Notes: generated by a model not told the origin, from the letters alone. Positions 8,941-20,420 are shown, counted from the stretch's first letter. The stretch is 61,050 bases of DNA from a virus (IMGVR_UViG_3300032075_000002:1-61050), one strand, 5' to 3'. Program-made: numbers and translations.

Positions 8941-11900
8941 GCCAGTTCGACGCCACCGCGCGGATCAACGTAGACATGTCCGGGTTCGCGCGGGCTGCTT
9001 CACAGTCCACGTCCGCCGGTGGCGCGTTCACTGCGTCGATCCGCAGTCTCCAGACTGCTATGACGAACTTCGAGGGCGTGGACAAGCGCACCGCCACTCG
9101 ACTTCAGAACGAGCTGAACCTCTACAAGACCCTTGCTACCACGGTTGCCAGCTACGCCAACGCCATCACCAAGCTGGGATCCATCAACACCCAGACGGCC
9201 ACCAACCAGAAGCGGCTCAACACCGCGATGGAGGCCATGGGCAACGTACTGTCCAAGGTCACCGGCCTGACGGCGAAGGAAGCCGAAGCCAAGGCCCGAG
9301 AGCTGCGGTTGTACCAGCAGCTCGCCACGGCTGTATCGACGTACGCCAACGCGCTCGTCAAGATGGCCAGCCTTCAGCAGCGCTCCGTGGACGCGGCCAA
9401 CAAGGCAGCACAGGCAGAGCAGCGGCTCGCCAACCAGCGCGAGAAGCTGGCCAACGAGACCGTCAAGCTCGCTCAGCAGCAGCAGCGGCTGGACCAGCAG
9501 GCACAGAGCCTGATCCTCAAGCAGCAGGCTCTCCAGCAGGCGACGGCCAACACCAACCGCGCGATGCAGCAGACATCCAGCGGGATGGGCAACCTGTCGT
9601 CCTCCTCCTTCGCCCTCCGAAACACCCTGGGTGAGCTGGAGTCGACGTTCTCCGGCCTGCTCAAAATCATCTCCGCTGTGCCGACAGCGATGGCACAGGC
9701 GGCCATCAGCCAGGAAGCGGCCTTCGCTCAGGTCACCCGCGTCGTCGGCAAGACCGAGGCGGCGGCGGCCGGACTGCTGGAGCGCTTCCAGGACATCGCG
9801 CAGACTGCTCCGATCTCCTTCGAGGAGGTCGCTCGTATCGGTCAGCTCGGTGCACAGATCGGCATCACGGCCAGCGAGCTGGGCGACTTCACCGACACCA
9901 TCGTGAAGTTCAGCATCACCACCGGAGTGTCCGCCGACGAGGCGGCCATCCTCCTTGGTCGTATCGCCGAGATGCAGAACGTCCCGATCACGGAGATGGA
10001 GAACCTCGGTTCCGCCATCCTCGCCCTCGGTACGGCATCCGCCGCGACGGACCAGGAAATCATCCGGGTCAACGAGTCGATCGCCACGGTCTCCAACATC
10101 TTCGGCCTCACCACACAGGCGACGGCCGGTCTGTCTGCTGCACTGGCAACCCTGCGAGTCCGGCCTGAGCTGGCTCGTGGTTCGCTGACCCGAGTGTTCG
10201 GTGAACTCCGCGACGCGGTAGAGCAGGGTGGTGACCAGCTTACTCGCCTTGCTAAGGTGATGGGGCTGACCAACGTCGAGGTCGTCAAGCTCTTCCAGGC
10301 AAGTCCGGATGAGTTCTTCAAGAAGTTCATCAAGGGTCTGGCCGATGGTGCCGCCAACGGTGAGTCTTTCCGAGGAGTCCTGGCAGAGCTGGGCATCCGC
10401 GCGGTTCGCGACGTCGACACCATCAGCCGTCTCGGTAACAACTACGACGTGCTGGCCAACTCCATCGACACCGCGTTCGTGGAGTACGCCAAGGGTACGG
10501 AACTCCAGCGCCAGTCCAAGGGCATCTACGAGACCACCAAGAACGAGGTCCAGAACCTCGTTGACACCTTCAGCAACTTCCTGGCCACGGCCGGTGGGCC
10601 GCTGGCCAAGGCGGTCGGCATCCTCGCCAGCGCCCTGTCCGGAGTCGTCGGATTCATCACCGACCTCGGTCCGATCGTCCCGCTTCTCGGTGCGATCGTG
10701 GCAACGGTGGCCGTCGGTGCTGCTGGATGGGCTGCGTACCAGGTCGTCCTGGCGAAGACCATCACGAACATCATCGCGATGCGTGAACTCCAGAAGAACC
10801 TCGGAGTCACCACGCTCGGTCTGACCACAGCCATCAGCACGTGGCGGAACACCACCGCTGCGGCTGCGACGTCGTCGGCTGCGGCCGGTCGCGCCATGCA
10901 GAGCCAGGCAGTATCGGCGCAGCAGCTCGCTACGGCCATGACGGCCAGCGGAGTTGCGTCTTCGCGCGTGGTGGCCAGCAATGCCAGCCTGTCCACCTCT
11001 ACTGCACAGGTGGCTACGGGATTCAAGGCGCAGTCCGCCGCGATGCAAGGTGCTACCAACAACGCGGCAGCCTTCTCCATCGCCAACGCCCGCGTCGCGA
11101 CCACGAACGAGGCCGTGGCCATCAGCGGGGCGCAGGCCGCCGCCGGTAGCCGCGCCATGGGGTCTGCGCTGGCGCTCACGGGCTCCTCAGCCAACGTGGC
11201 GGCCGTGGGACTCACCGCCGCCGGAACGGCCGCCACGCGGGCGTCTCTGGGCATGAGGGCGCTGACCCTGGCGACCGGCCCGTGGGGTATCGCGCTCTCC
11301 GCCGTCGCGCTCGTGCTCGGGCCTCTCCTGTTCGACATGGACCTGTGGACCAGCAAGGCCGACAAGATGGCCAACTCTGCGTTCGAGGCTGCTGGCGGAC
11401 AGGAAGCTCTGGCGAAGGCCATCAAGGCCGACACAGAGGCAGCGAAGACCGGCGGTACGGTCTTCCGCGAGATCACCACCTCGTACAGCGACTTCGACCA
11501 GGCTGCCCGGAAGAACCTGGAGACCACCAGGGACGCAGCGCAGGCCCGCATCCGCGAGATCACCCTCCTGAACGGCAGTGTCGAGAAGCTGCGCGAGCAG
11601 GCCAAGGGATCCGACTCCGCAGGTGCGGCTGCCCGCCGGTACCTGGCCGAGATCGAAGCCGCTGGTAAGACCGTCGACAAGACCAACGAGGCTCTGACTG
11701 AGAGCGTCCAGGTCTTCGGTGAGCAGGCTGCGGCGATGCGCCGTACTGCACTGGAAGCCCTGATTACTGAGTCGGCGATCGGCAAGAACAAGCTGGCCTT
11801 CGACAAGCTCAAGGAATCCGGCATCAACGTCGGTGCGACTCTGAAGAAGTCGTTTACCGACCCCCAGGGCGCGTCCAAGGACCTGGATGAAGCCATCAAG

Positions 11901-13616
11901 GGCCTCAACCGGGAAGCCACCCAGCTCACGCAGTGGAAGGGCATCGACCCGGCCACGCACAAGAGTCTGGAGAAGAACCGCGACGCCGCCAAGGGAGCCC
12001 AGGACTTCCTCAAGGCGTTCAAGGAAGAGATCAAGAAGACCGGCGACGAGGCCGTCACCGGCGCTCGTGTGCTCCAGCTCCTCGGTGAGGCAGAGGACTC
12101 CCTCGGTGCGAAGACCGAGGCGGTCGGTGGTGCTGTCAAGCTCACCAAGGAGAACCTCGAAGACCTGGACACCACGGCCGAAGAGGCACAGGAGTCCATC
12201 GACGAGCTGGCCAAGTCGATGGAAGGCTTCGGCACATTCGCCACAGCCTTCCAGGCAGCAGCCGAAAAGGCGTCGGGTGGTGTCAAGAACAGCACCGACG
12301 ACGCTGCAAAGGCCGTCGACAACTTCAGCCTGAAGACCAAGAAGGGCTTCGAGGCATACCTGACCGAGCTGGAGTCGATCGCCAAGGCTCAGCGCGAGTG
12401 GGCAGTCAACCTGATCAAGATTTCGGCCACTCTTGGACCGGAAATCGCGGCGAAGTTCCGTGAAGCGGGTCCGGATGCCGCAAAGGCCGTCTCCGAGATC
12501 GCAAATCTCTCCACAGAGGAGCTTGCGAAGCTCAAGCCGCGCCTGGAAGCGACCATGGGCGACAATGTGGCCGGACTTTCGGCCGCAATCCTCAAGGCGC
12601 AGATCCCGATCACCAATGCGACGGCTTCGACGGCTCGAATCGTCAACGAAACCTTCGTCCGCGAGCTGAACAGTGCCAAGACGGCCGCCGAAATCCAGGC
12701 AGTGGTCGATAAGTACGGCGCGATCATCTCCGGGATCAAGAATTCCAAGGGTGAAGTCAACATTGACAACACCAAGGCGTTCCAGAACCTCAATGAGCTG
12801 GACAGGTACCTCAAGGCGAAGGAAGCTACGAAGAACTGGGACGTCAACGCCGTCGCACAGATGGATGACAGCCCGTTCCGTACTCACCTGCTCGAAATGT
12901 TCAAGCTGGTGCAGTCCTACGAGGCCGGAAAGAAGCTGGACCCCGATGGACGGGCCGATGTAGAGACCAACACCTTCCTCAACAAGATCGAGGAGATGAA
13001 GAACCGCGTCGCAGCAGGCGAGGCGCGGCAGTCCTTCTCCCCCGACGGCAGGGCGAACGTCGAGACTGCCCAGTTCAACAACGACCTGAGCAACATCGAG
13101 TCGCGGTCGTCGCGAACCGGCAGCAACGTGCGACGGAACCTCTCCGTACACGCCAACGCCTTCCTCTCGGTGGCCTCGAACATCCGGGACATCCTCGGAT
13201 TCGCCGATGGTGGCTGGATCAAGGGTCGCGGTGGTCCTCGCGAGGACAACATCCCGATCGCAGCGTCCTCCGGCGAGTTCGTGGTCAACGCCAAGAGCGC
13301 CAGGAAGTACGGGCCGCTGCTGGAGCAGATCAACAACGACGCGGGCGGCGCCGTCGGTCCCCAGCGGACCCCCGGCATCAACCAGGACAACCCGGCGACG
13401 GCCTCTGTGCCGAGCCTGGGCATCCGCGCCAGCTCCGCTCACGCCAAGGAGGCCCGCGTACCGCAGTCGGCGATGGCTCTGACCCAGCAGGCCGTCGGTC
13501 GGCAGGGACCGAGTACCGTCATCAACGTGACCAACTACTACCCGGTGGCCGAAGCCACCTCGAAGACTGTGAACCGCGTCCTCGCCCAAGCCGCATACCT
13601 GGACGGTACGTCATGA
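8937..13616 (+). CDS. Tape measure protein
   Basis: 1559 aa, Ala-rich helical; TP901-like core; C-terminal FADGG..G.GGPRED.IP...SSGEFVVNA motif. Confidence 0.93.
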   Translation: MSQFDATARINVDMSGFARAASQSTSAGGAFTASIRSLQTAMTNFEGVDKRTATRLQNELNLYKTLATTVASYANAITKLGSINTQTATNQKRLNTAMEAMGNVLSKVTGLTAKEAEAKARELRLYQQLATAVSTYANALVKMASLQQRSVDAANKAAQAEQRLANQREKLANETVKLAQQQQRLDQQAQSLILKQQALQQATANTNRAMQQTSSGMGNLSSSSFALRNTLGELESTFSGLLKIISAVPTAMAQAAISQEAAFAQVTRVVGKTEAAAAGLLERFQDIAQTAPISFEEVARIGQLGAQIGITASELGDFTDTIVKFSITTGVSADEAAILLGRIAEMQNVPITEMENLGSAILALGTASAATDQEIIRVNESIATVSNIFGLTTQATAGLSAALATLRVRPELARGSLTRVFGELRDAVEQGGDQLTRLAKVMGLTNVEVVKLFQASPDEFFKKFIKGLADGAANGESFRGVLAELGIRAVRDVDTISRLGNNYDVLANSIDTAFVEYAKGTELQRQSKGIYETTKNEVQNLVDTFSNFLATAGGPLAKAVGILASALSGVVGFITDLGPIVPLLGAIVATVAVGAAGWAAYQVVLAKTITNIIAMRELQKNLGVTTLGLTTAISTWRNTTAAAATSSAAAGRAMQSQAVSAQQLATAMTASGVASSRVVASNASLSTSTAQVATGFKAQSAAMQGATNNAAAFSIANARVATTNEAVAISGAQAAAGSRAMGSALALTGSSANVAAVGLTAAGTAATRASLGMRALTLATGPWGIALSAVALVLGPLLFDMDLWTSKADKMANSAFEAAGGQEALAKAIKADTEAAKTGGTVFREITTSYSDFDQAARKNLETTRDAAQARIREITLLNGSVEKLREQAKGSDSAGAAARRYLAEIEAAGKTVDKTNEALTESVQVFGEQAAAMRRTALEALITESAIGKNKLAFDKLKESGINVGATLKKSFTDPQGASKDLDEAIKGLNREATQLTQWKGIDPATHKSLEKNRDAAKGAQDFLKAFKEEIKKTGDEAVTGARVLQLLGEAEDSLGAKTEAVGGAVKLTKENLEDLDTTAEEAQESIDELAKSMEGFGTFATAFQAAAEKASGGVKNSTDDAAKAVDNFSLKTKKGFEAYLTELESIAKAQREWAVNLIKISATLGPEIAAKFREAGPDAAKAVSEIANLSTEELAKLKPRLEATMGDNVAGLSAAILKAQIPITNATASTARIVNETFVRELNSAKTAAEIQAVVDKYGAIISGIKNSKGEVNIDNTKAFQNLNELDRYLKAKEATKNWDVNAVAQMDDSPFRTHLLEMFKLVQSYEAGKKLDPDGRADVETNTFLNKIEEMKNRVAAGEARQSFSPDGRANVETAQFNNDLSNIESRSSRTGSNVRRNLSVHANAFLSVASNIRDILGFADGGWIKGRGGPREDNIPIAASSGEFVVNAKSARKYGPLLEQINNDAGGAVGPQRTPGINQDNPATASVPSLGIRASSAHAKEARVPQSAMALTQQAVGRQGPSTVINVTNYYPVAEATSKTVNRVLAQAAYLDGTS

Positions 13617-14461
13617 CCCTTATGTACTCGGTGAACGGGCTGGCCCTCCAGAACAAGGCTGCTGGATACCAGCTCATGGATGCCACGCAGTACGGTGGCG
13701 CCCTCACGATGCGCAACACCCAGCTCCAGCCGCCGAACTTCCACGGACATGTTCCTGTGTGGAATGCGCCCATGGACAGCGGTCAGATCCAGTTCCGCAT
13801 TCGAATCACTGGAACGGACCAGGACACCCTCAACACCAGGTGGAACGGCCTGGTCCGCAGGCTCGGTGTCGGAACCAACCAGCCGGTCACGCTGACCAGG
13901 AGTCGATCCACCGGCGGCTCCACCAACGGCCGCTTCACCACGGTCGCCGGTCAGCTGATCGGTCTGGAGGCTCCTGACTTCTCTTGCCCCGCGAACTACG
14001 TGGAGGCCACGCTGACCTTCAGCATCCCTGAAGGTCGGTGGTTCGCGGCGGAAGCTGAGGAGATCCTCACCATCCCCGGGCAGAACCAGGTGGTGGATCT
14101 GGCGGCAGAAGGAACTCTCCCGATCACCGCCATGCAGTTCAAGGTCAAGGGTCCAGTGTCGTCCTTCTCCGTGACGGACAACGTGAGCCAGACCGGGTTC
14201 GCCTGGTCCGGCGCCAACATCCTCAGTACGCAGTGGCTGGTGGTGGACCTCGCTACCTTCACTGCATGGCAGAAGACCACCAACGACTACGACAACACCG
14301 GAACCAACGTCTCTGCCAACCTGCGGATGACCAACCTGGGATGGCTGTCCCTGGTGCCCGGCATCGCGCCGGGGCACAGCACCTCGGACGTGACGATTTC
14401 CGCCTCGGGCACGACCGGGGCCACCACCTGTACCCTGAGGGCTCGACCCGCTTACCACTGA
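13613..14461 (+). CDS. Minor tail protein (distal tail-like)
   Basis: Directly after tape measure; beta-rich; WLSLVPG motif. Confidence 0.75.
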   Translation: MTLMYSVNGLALQNKAAGYQLMDATQYGGALTMRNTQLQPPNFHGHVPVWNAPMDSGQIQFRIRITGTDQDTLNTRWNGLVRRLGVGTNQPVTLTRSRSTGGSTNGRFTTVAGQLIGLEAPDFSCPANYVEATLTFSIPEGRWFAAEAEEILTIPGQNQVVDLAAEGTLPITAMQFKVKGPVSSFSVTDNVSQTGFAWSGANILSTQWLVVDLATFTAWQKTTNDYDNTGTNVSANLRMTNLGWLSLVPGIAPGHSTSDVTISASGTTGATTCTLRARPAYH

Positions 14462-14471
14462 GGAGCACACG

Positions 14472-14822
14472 ATGGCGCTGACCAACGCACTGTTCAACAT
14501 CGGCCTGACTGCGCAGGGTGGCGCCGCCGTACTGGCCTCGCTGCACAGCGCCAACCCGGGAACGACCGGAACCAACGAGCTGACCGGCGGCGCCTACGGC
14601 CGCCAGTCGGTGACCTGGGGAACCGCGTCCTCGGGCTCGATCCAGACCAACGCCGCGATGGACTTCTCTGTGCCGGGAGGCTCCACCGTCGCGTGGGTCG
14701 GCCTGTGGGCGTCCGGCGGAACCACCTTCCTCGGCGGTATCCAGCTCGCCAGCTCCGAGGTCTTCGCGGCCGACGGTACGTACACCGTGACCTCCATCAA
14801 CCTGACCCAGACGAACGCCTGA
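14472..14822 (+). CDS. Minor tail protein
   Basis: SLHSANPGTTGTNELTGGAYGRQSVTW family of small phage tail proteins. Confidence 0.75.
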   Translation: MALTNALFNIGLTAQGGAAVLASLHSANPGTTGTNELTGGAYGRQSVTWGTASSGSIQTNAAMDFSVPGGSTVAWVGLWASGGTTFLGGIQLASSEVFAADGTYTVTSINLTQTNA

Positions 14823-14825
14823 TCC

Positions 14826-17800
14826 ATGCCTCTGGTCCCGATCAACCCGAACCCGGACTTCTCCACCAACCTCACGGGGTGGTCCGCGTTCGGAGGAGCG
14901 ATCACGCGTATTGATGTGTCGGCCGATCCTCCGCCGGTCGGCGACACCTGGGCGATGCGGCTGACGCCGGATGGCGTCACCAACACTCCCCGAGCCTTCA
15001 CCAGCCTGACCCAGATCGTGGGAATCGTACCTGGTGACAACTACTACGCCAGGATGGTGGCGAAGTGCAACGTCGAGCGCGACGTCTTCCTCTCCGTCAC
15101 CTGGTACACAGCGGCTAACGCCGTCATCAGCACTGCGACCCTGTTCAACAGCTTCGAGGTCGATACCTGGGACTACTGGGAAGGCCGTGTCGTCGCTCCG
15201 GCGAACGCCGCCAAGGCTCAGCTCGTCCCGCGTATGCCCGGCGTGGTGCCGGGTACTGACCTGCTCGACATCGCGTGGTGCGGGTTTGGTACGGACTTCA
15301 CGTCCTCCGGCCCGCTCACCGCCGCGTCCGAGATCGCGTCCACGGTGGACGGCGTCGGTGACCGAATCGCCGACACCTTCATCACCGCCGGAACGTTCGC
15401 CGAAGGTGGCAAGAACACCAGCGGGTCCGGCTCCGCCGACATGGACGTGAGCCACAACGCCGCCGGTACGAAGATCGCTTCGTCCGCCGGTCTCGTCTTC
15501 GTGCCCAGCGCTAACCCGCATGTGGAGGAGAACACCACAGGCTGGGCGCCGGACGGTGGAACCATGGACTGGGTGGCCACTCCGGCCGGTCATCCGTTCC
15601 CGTCTTCGCTGAGCCTCAAGCTCACCCCTGATGGGGTGAGCGCGACACCGCACCTGAACGGTCCCCGACTCCAGGGGATCCTCCCCGGCCACCGGTACAA
15701 GATCAAGGGATACGCCTGGTCGCCGGTCAGTCAGCAGGTGCGATACCGGCTGACCTTCTACGACGCTCCTACCGGCGATGGACAGATTGCCATCGGTGCG
15801 TCCGACGTCACCATCAACGTCAGCTCGATCACCTGGACGTACTTCGAGGGCACCTTCACCGCTCCTGCTGGCGCGGTGTCTGCTCGTGTGAAGTGCCGCA
15901 TCCTCAACACTCCTCCGTCGGCGAACTACGTCATCTTCGATGAGGCAGTGATCTGGCCGGAAGACGCGGTACTGACCGGCGGATCCATCGTCGGTGGCAA
16001 GGACATGTCCTCCGGTCCGAACTCCGCAGGCATGAAGATCACCGCGACCGCGCAGGGTCTTGCTGTGCCGGACACCGTCACCTTCTCCGACTTCCCCCCG
16101 CTGCGCGCGCGCCTGCGGGTGTACGAGCCGGACGGTGTGCTCCGTGGACAGCTTCCCCTGCCGCTGCTGTGGAACGCAGCCTTCCCGCTGGATGATGTGC
16201 CGTCGCTGACCCTGGAGTACCTGACCAAGGCGCCCGGCATCGCGCTGCTCGAAGCTCCGTGCGAAGTGGCGCTCGAACTGTCCGACGAGACCAACCTGTT
16301 CCAGGAGTACCCGAACTGCCGGTTCATCAACATCCGGCAGAGCCAAGACCTGACTGACCCGAGCAAGCCGACATCCATCGCGATGCCCGGCTACGGCTGG
16401 ATGCTCAGCAAGGTCCGCAACATCAACACGGCTGCGCTCAACACCGAGGGCAACCGCATCTTCACGAACGTCACCGTCGGCCACATCCTCTCCACGTTCC
16501 TCACCGAGGCCCACAGCCGGGGCAACGTGCCCTTCCTGGTGGCCGACTTCAACGGGACCGTGGACTCCGCCGGAAACAACTGGACCAAGACGCTGTCCAT
16601 GGGGTTCCCGGCTGGACAGGATCTAATGTCCATCCTGCGCGCGCTGACCGATCAAGGTCAGTGCGACTGGCGGTTCAGTGGTCGTACGCTCCAGGTCTAC
16701 AACGTGGATCAGTTCCTGGACAGGAACCTCACGGCCAACCCGACCGCCGTCATCCTGCACCCGCAGCGCGACGTCGTCGTGGCGCCGGACGAGCGCAGCT
16801 ACGAGGAGATCGCCAACACCATCCTGGTCCAGGGTGACGAGAACAAGTACGTCACCGTCGAGCAGGCCAGCAACCCGTCGCCGTGGGGCGACTGGGAAAC
16901 CTTCATGCAGCAAGGCGGTGTCACCGACACCACCGTTATGGCCGAGCTGGCACAGAGGGCTCTGAGTCTGGCGAACGCTCCGCGTACGCAGATGACCCGC
17001 GAGCTGATGTTCCGCTCGCAGTCGCCGCTGCCTCTGATCGACTATCGGCCGGGCGACCGCATCTTCGCCAAGGATGAACTGGACACCTACGACACCCTTC
17101 GGGTTCGCCAGATCACCCTCCAGATGAACGGCGAAGAGTTCTCCGGCAACGTCGTACTCGGCGACAAGTTCACCGAGCAGGACATCCGCACCAAGCGCCG
17201 GATCGCCGCGCTGTCCAACAACACCCCGATCATCGGTGGATCGGGTACTCCGTCGGAAGGTATTCCGCCGAACCAGGAAGACACCCGAGTCCCCAATCAG
17301 GTCACCAACCTGGCGCTGGGATCGTCCACCTTCGTGGACACCCAGGGTGTCACCCGAGGCATGATCGGTGCGTCGTGGTCCGCAGTCACCACCGCAACCA
17401 GCGGTGAGACCGTCGGCATCCAGCAGTACCGGATTCGGTTCCGCGTCCTCGCCTCCAGCGAGAACTGGCGCCAGGTCACCGTGGACGGCACACAGACCGA
17501 CGCGCTGTGGGGCGACGGCATCAACGTGCTGACCAACTACACGGTCCAGGTCGCCGCCGTTGCGGAGAACGGCCGTCAGGGTGCGTGGTCGCAGGCGGTC
17601 AGCATCTTCGTGGCCGCCGACGCGGTTGCTCCTCCTGTGCCGAGCAACCCGACCGCGACCACCAGGCTCGGAACCATCCGTGTCCGGTGGAACGGCCGCG
17701 ATGCCGACAACCTGCCGATGCCGCCCGACTTCCGCCACGTAGAGGTGGAGATCAGCAGCACGGCCAGCGGACCGTGGACTCCGATCGGTGTGATCCCAGG

Positions 17801-19484
17801 CGGCGGGCTGGACCTCGTCATCGTGGACCAGCCGTACAACCAGGCCAGGTTCTTCCGCCTGCGCTCGGTAGACCGCAGTGGTAACACCAGTGCGTACACC
17901 ACGGCGACTGTCCAGGTTACCACCACACCGCTGGTTCAGACCGACATCATCGGTCAGATCCTCAACGGTGCGAATATCGTACCCAACTCCATCAACGCGG
18001 CCGACAAGGTCGTGGCGAACACCATCACCGGTGGCCTGATCCAGGCACTCACCATCACCGGTGACAAAATCGCCGCGAACTCCATCACGGCCGACAAGAT
18101 CGTGGCTGGCTCGGTCACCGCCGAGAAGATCGCTGCCTACTCCATCGACGCCAGCCGTCTGGCCATCGGTGGTAACGGTCGTAACCTGATCGCCGATGCC
18201 AATGCGTCGGACCCCGAACTGAACGCGCTCCGCGTCGTCCAGTCCAATGGGTCTCCGAACTCGAACAGCGCGCTCATCTGGTCGGACCCTGGCGCAGGGT
18301 TCTGGCGCATGAAGCCCAACGTGACTATCGCTTCCAGCGTCGCGCGGCTGAATCTGCTGGCCTACTCCGCACAGAAGCCGGACCTGGCGGGCGGTACGAT
18401 CTCGATCGCCCCGAAGTTCGCCTTCCCCTACGATCCCCAGCAGGGATCGCTGTCGGCATCCTTCAACATCCGTACGTCGCTGACCACAGGAACATGGCCG
18501 GTTGGCGCCACGGTGGGTGCTCGTATGTATGTGCGCTGGGTGCTCAAGGACGGCAGCAACTCCGGCATCAGCCAGCTCGTCAGCACCGTCACCATCAGCT
18601 CTGTGCAGGACTGGGTGACGCTGCGGTCGAACAACTTCGTCATCGCCCCGGTCGGTGCGGTGGCGGTCATCCCGTACGTGTACCTCACGTGCGCCAACGT
18701 GACGGCAACCATCCAGGTGGACATCGCCAACGTCTTCCTGGCCCAGAAGAACGGCACCGTCCTCATCGAGAACGGCGCTGTCACTGCTGACCAGATCGCT
18801 GCGAACACCATCACCGCAGCGGAGATCGCGGCCGACGCCATCACCACCGACAAGCTCGATGCGACGGCCATCACCTCGAAGCACACCATCACGGGCCCGC
18901 TCATCCAGACCGGGACCAGCGGGCACAGGGTCCAGCTCTCGCCGAACGCCAACTTCCTGGCGATGCCCGGCGTGACCTGGTTCTCCGGCGGCTCCGGCGG
19001 GCGCAACGCGTACGCGTTCATCGACTCCGGCGCCAACGAGGGTGAGTGGGGCGCGTACAACTTCGCCATCGTCGGCCCCGAGGTGACCACGAACTCCAGC
19101 GGCCGGGCCGACCTGTCGCTGAAGATCGGTGGAGGTCTCTACCTCCAGAAGCAGTACGTCAACACCGCGCACTCGTGGGCGGGCCTGGTCACGTCGGACA
19201 CCAACAACGAGCTGCTGCTCGGTGGTACGTTCCCCCGGTTCGCACCGCTGCCGGACACGTATGCGATGATGCGCTTCCAGACCTGGAGCTTCCAGAGTGC
19301 CACGATCACGTGGGGCGTGGACATCGGCTGGGTGTTCCGAGGCTCGATCGCTCCGAACCACTCGGGTACTACACCGAGGTACGGGTCGGTCGAATTCTCC
19401 AGCAACACCGCCTTCGGCTACCAGTGCAACGGGTCTGTCGATACCGTATACACCATGATGTGGCGAGGTGGTTCCATTGGCTGA
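14826..19484 (+). CDS. Large minor tail/baseplate hub protein with CBM-like and fibronectin-III-like domains
   Basis: 1552 aa; two NPxF/V...GW carbohydrate-binding-like repeats, hub-like middle, FN3-like segments, ITADKI repeats. Confidence 0.8.
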   Translation: MPLVPINPNPDFSTNLTGWSAFGGAITRIDVSADPPPVGDTWAMRLTPDGVTNTPRAFTSLTQIVGIVPGDNYYARMVAKCNVERDVFLSVTWYTAANAVISTATLFNSFEVDTWDYWEGRVVAPANAAKAQLVPRMPGVVPGTDLLDIAWCGFGTDFTSSGPLTAASEIASTVDGVGDRIADTFITAGTFAEGGKNTSGSGSADMDVSHNAAGTKIASSAGLVFVPSANPHVEENTTGWAPDGGTMDWVATPAGHPFPSSLSLKLTPDGVSATPHLNGPRLQGILPGHRYKIKGYAWSPVSQQVRYRLTFYDAPTGDGQIAIGASDVTINVSSITWTYFEGTFTAPAGAVSARVKCRILNTPPSANYVIFDEAVIWPEDAVLTGGSIVGGKDMSSGPNSAGMKITATAQGLAVPDTVTFSDFPPLRARLRVYEPDGVLRGQLPLPLLWNAAFPLDDVPSLTLEYLTKAPGIALLEAPCEVALELSDETNLFQEYPNCRFINIRQSQDLTDPSKPTSIAMPGYGWMLSKVRNINTAALNTEGNRIFTNVTVGHILSTFLTEAHSRGNVPFLVADFNGTVDSAGNNWTKTLSMGFPAGQDLMSILRALTDQGQCDWRFSGRTLQVYNVDQFLDRNLTANPTAVILHPQRDVVVAPDERSYEEIANTILVQGDENKYVTVEQASNPSPWGDWETFMQQGGVTDTTVMAELAQRALSLANAPRTQMTRELMFRSQSPLPLIDYRPGDRIFAKDELDTYDTLRVRQITLQMNGEEFSGNVVLGDKFTEQDIRTKRRIAALSNNTPIIGGSGTPSEGIPPNQEDTRVPNQVTNLALGSSTFVDTQGVTRGMIGASWSAVTTATSGETVGIQQYRIRFRVLASSENWRQVTVDGTQTDALWGDGINVLTNYTVQVAAVAENGRQGAWSQAVSIFVAADAVAPPVPSNPTATTRLGTIRVRWNGRDADNLPMPPDFRHVEVEISSTASGPWTPIGVIPGGGLDLVIVDQPYNQARFFRLRSVDRSGNTSAYTTATVQVTTTPLVQTDIIGQILNGANIVPNSINAADKVVANTITGGLIQALTITGDKIAANSITADKIVAGSVTAEKIAAYSIDASRLAIGGNGRNLIADANASDPELNALRVVQSNGSPNSNSALIWSDPGAGFWRMKPNVTIASSVARLNLLAYSAQKPDLAGGTISIAPKFAFPYDPQQGSLSASFNIRTSLTTGTWPVGATVGARMYVRWVLKDGSNSGISQLVSTVTISSVQDWVTLRSNNFVIAPVGAVAVIPYVYLTCANVTATIQVDIANVFLAQKNGTVLIENGAVTADQIAANTITAAEIAADAITTDKLDATAITSKHTITGPLIQTGTSGHRVQLSPNANFLAMPGVTWFSGGSGGRNAYAFIDSGANEGEWGAYNFAIVGPEVTTNSSGRADLSLKIGGGLYLQKQYVNTAHSWAGLVTSDTNNELLLGGTFPRFAPLPDTYAMMRFQTWSFQSATITWGVDIGWVFRGSIAPNHSGTTPRYGSVEFSSNTAFGYQCNGSVDTVYTMMWRGGSIG

Positions 19485-20211
19485 GATCGACATCATCAAG
19501 TCGGATGCCCGGCGGTTCACGCTGGACGACCACGGTGCGCGGGCGGGCGACCGCTTCTACGTGCTGCGGTACGACGTACCTGGGCAGCCCGGACTGGTCG
19601 ATCATCACCACGTGATCCCGATCTACTGGAACGCCAACCACAAAATCGACACCGGCACTGAAGACCCGATGATGGCCATCGAGTACGCGCTGTCCGATGC
19701 GATGGCGGCGAGGCAGGCAACGATCGCACTCGGCCAGGTGAAGGCTCTCCAGCTCAAGGAGAGCCCGATCGTCATCCGAGGCCGGGAGCACAGGAAAGCC
19801 ATGCAGGCACTGGAGACCGGCGTCAAGTCGCTGGCCGACGTGGTGCCCGGCAAGACCGTCGGCGAAGTCCTCGAAGGCGTCCGCGACGTGGTGCTCGCGC
19901 CGCCGGAGCCCGCGAAGCTGCGGGCGCTCCGCGCCTCTGTGCCGCCCGAACTGGAGTCGGTGCAGGAGAAGGTCGAGCAGGCCCATGAACGGCTGGGAGA
20001 GGCCCGCCAGGACTTCACCTCGGCCGTCTGGGACGCGGTCGGCCAGCACCCGGTCAACACCAACGCGAACGCGTGGGAGCACCTGGTGGAGATGGTGGCC
20101 AACGACTACGACGAGCTGGCTTCCCAGCGAGTACAGTGGTTCGACCACCGTTTCAAGGAAACGGTGCGTTCACGGGCATGGCTGCGATCAAGAGGAGCAA
20201 TTCGAGGATGA
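19477..20211 (+). CDS. Hypothetical protein (tail module)
   Basis: RBS GAGGTGG and TTG start overlapping the previous stop; phage-like codon usage. Confidence 0.6.
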   Translation: MAEIDIIKSDARRFTLDDHGARAGDRFYVLRYDVPGQPGLVDHHHVIPIYWNANHKIDTGTEDPMMAIEYALSDAMAARQATIALGQVKALQLKESPIVIRGREHRKAMQALETGVKSLADVVPGKTVGEVLEGVRDVVLAPPEPAKLRALRASVPPELESVQEKVEQAHERLGEARQDFTSAVWDAVGQHPVNTNANAWEHLVEMVANDYDELASQRVQWFDHRFKETVRSRAWLRSRGAIRG

Positions 20212-20369
20212 ACGTCAAGAGCGAGCTGGTCATCAAGAGCCTGCAACGGCAGCTCTCCGAGGCCAACATGCAGGTCGCCATGCTGGAGGCACAGATCCTC
20301 CAGATGCAGGAGGAGCGGGCATCTGCTCCGCCGGAGTCCTTCAATGAGGACTCTCCGATCAACCTGTAG
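20208..20369 (+). CDS. Small coiled-coil protein
   Basis: RBS GAGGAG; MNVKSELVIKSLQRQL... Confidence 0.6.
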   Translation: MNVKSELVIKSLQRQLSEANMQVAMLEAQILQMQEERASAPPESFNEDSPINL

Positions 20370-20380
20370 CAGAACGCAGC

Positions 20381-20413
20381 GAAGCCCGGGACGTCATCGT
20401 CCCGGGCTTTGTT
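20381..20413. terminator. Bidirectional terminator between converging arms
   Basis: GAAGCCCGGGACG-TCAT-CGTCCCGGGCTTT. Confidence 0.85.
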
Positions 20414-20420
20414 GTGTGTA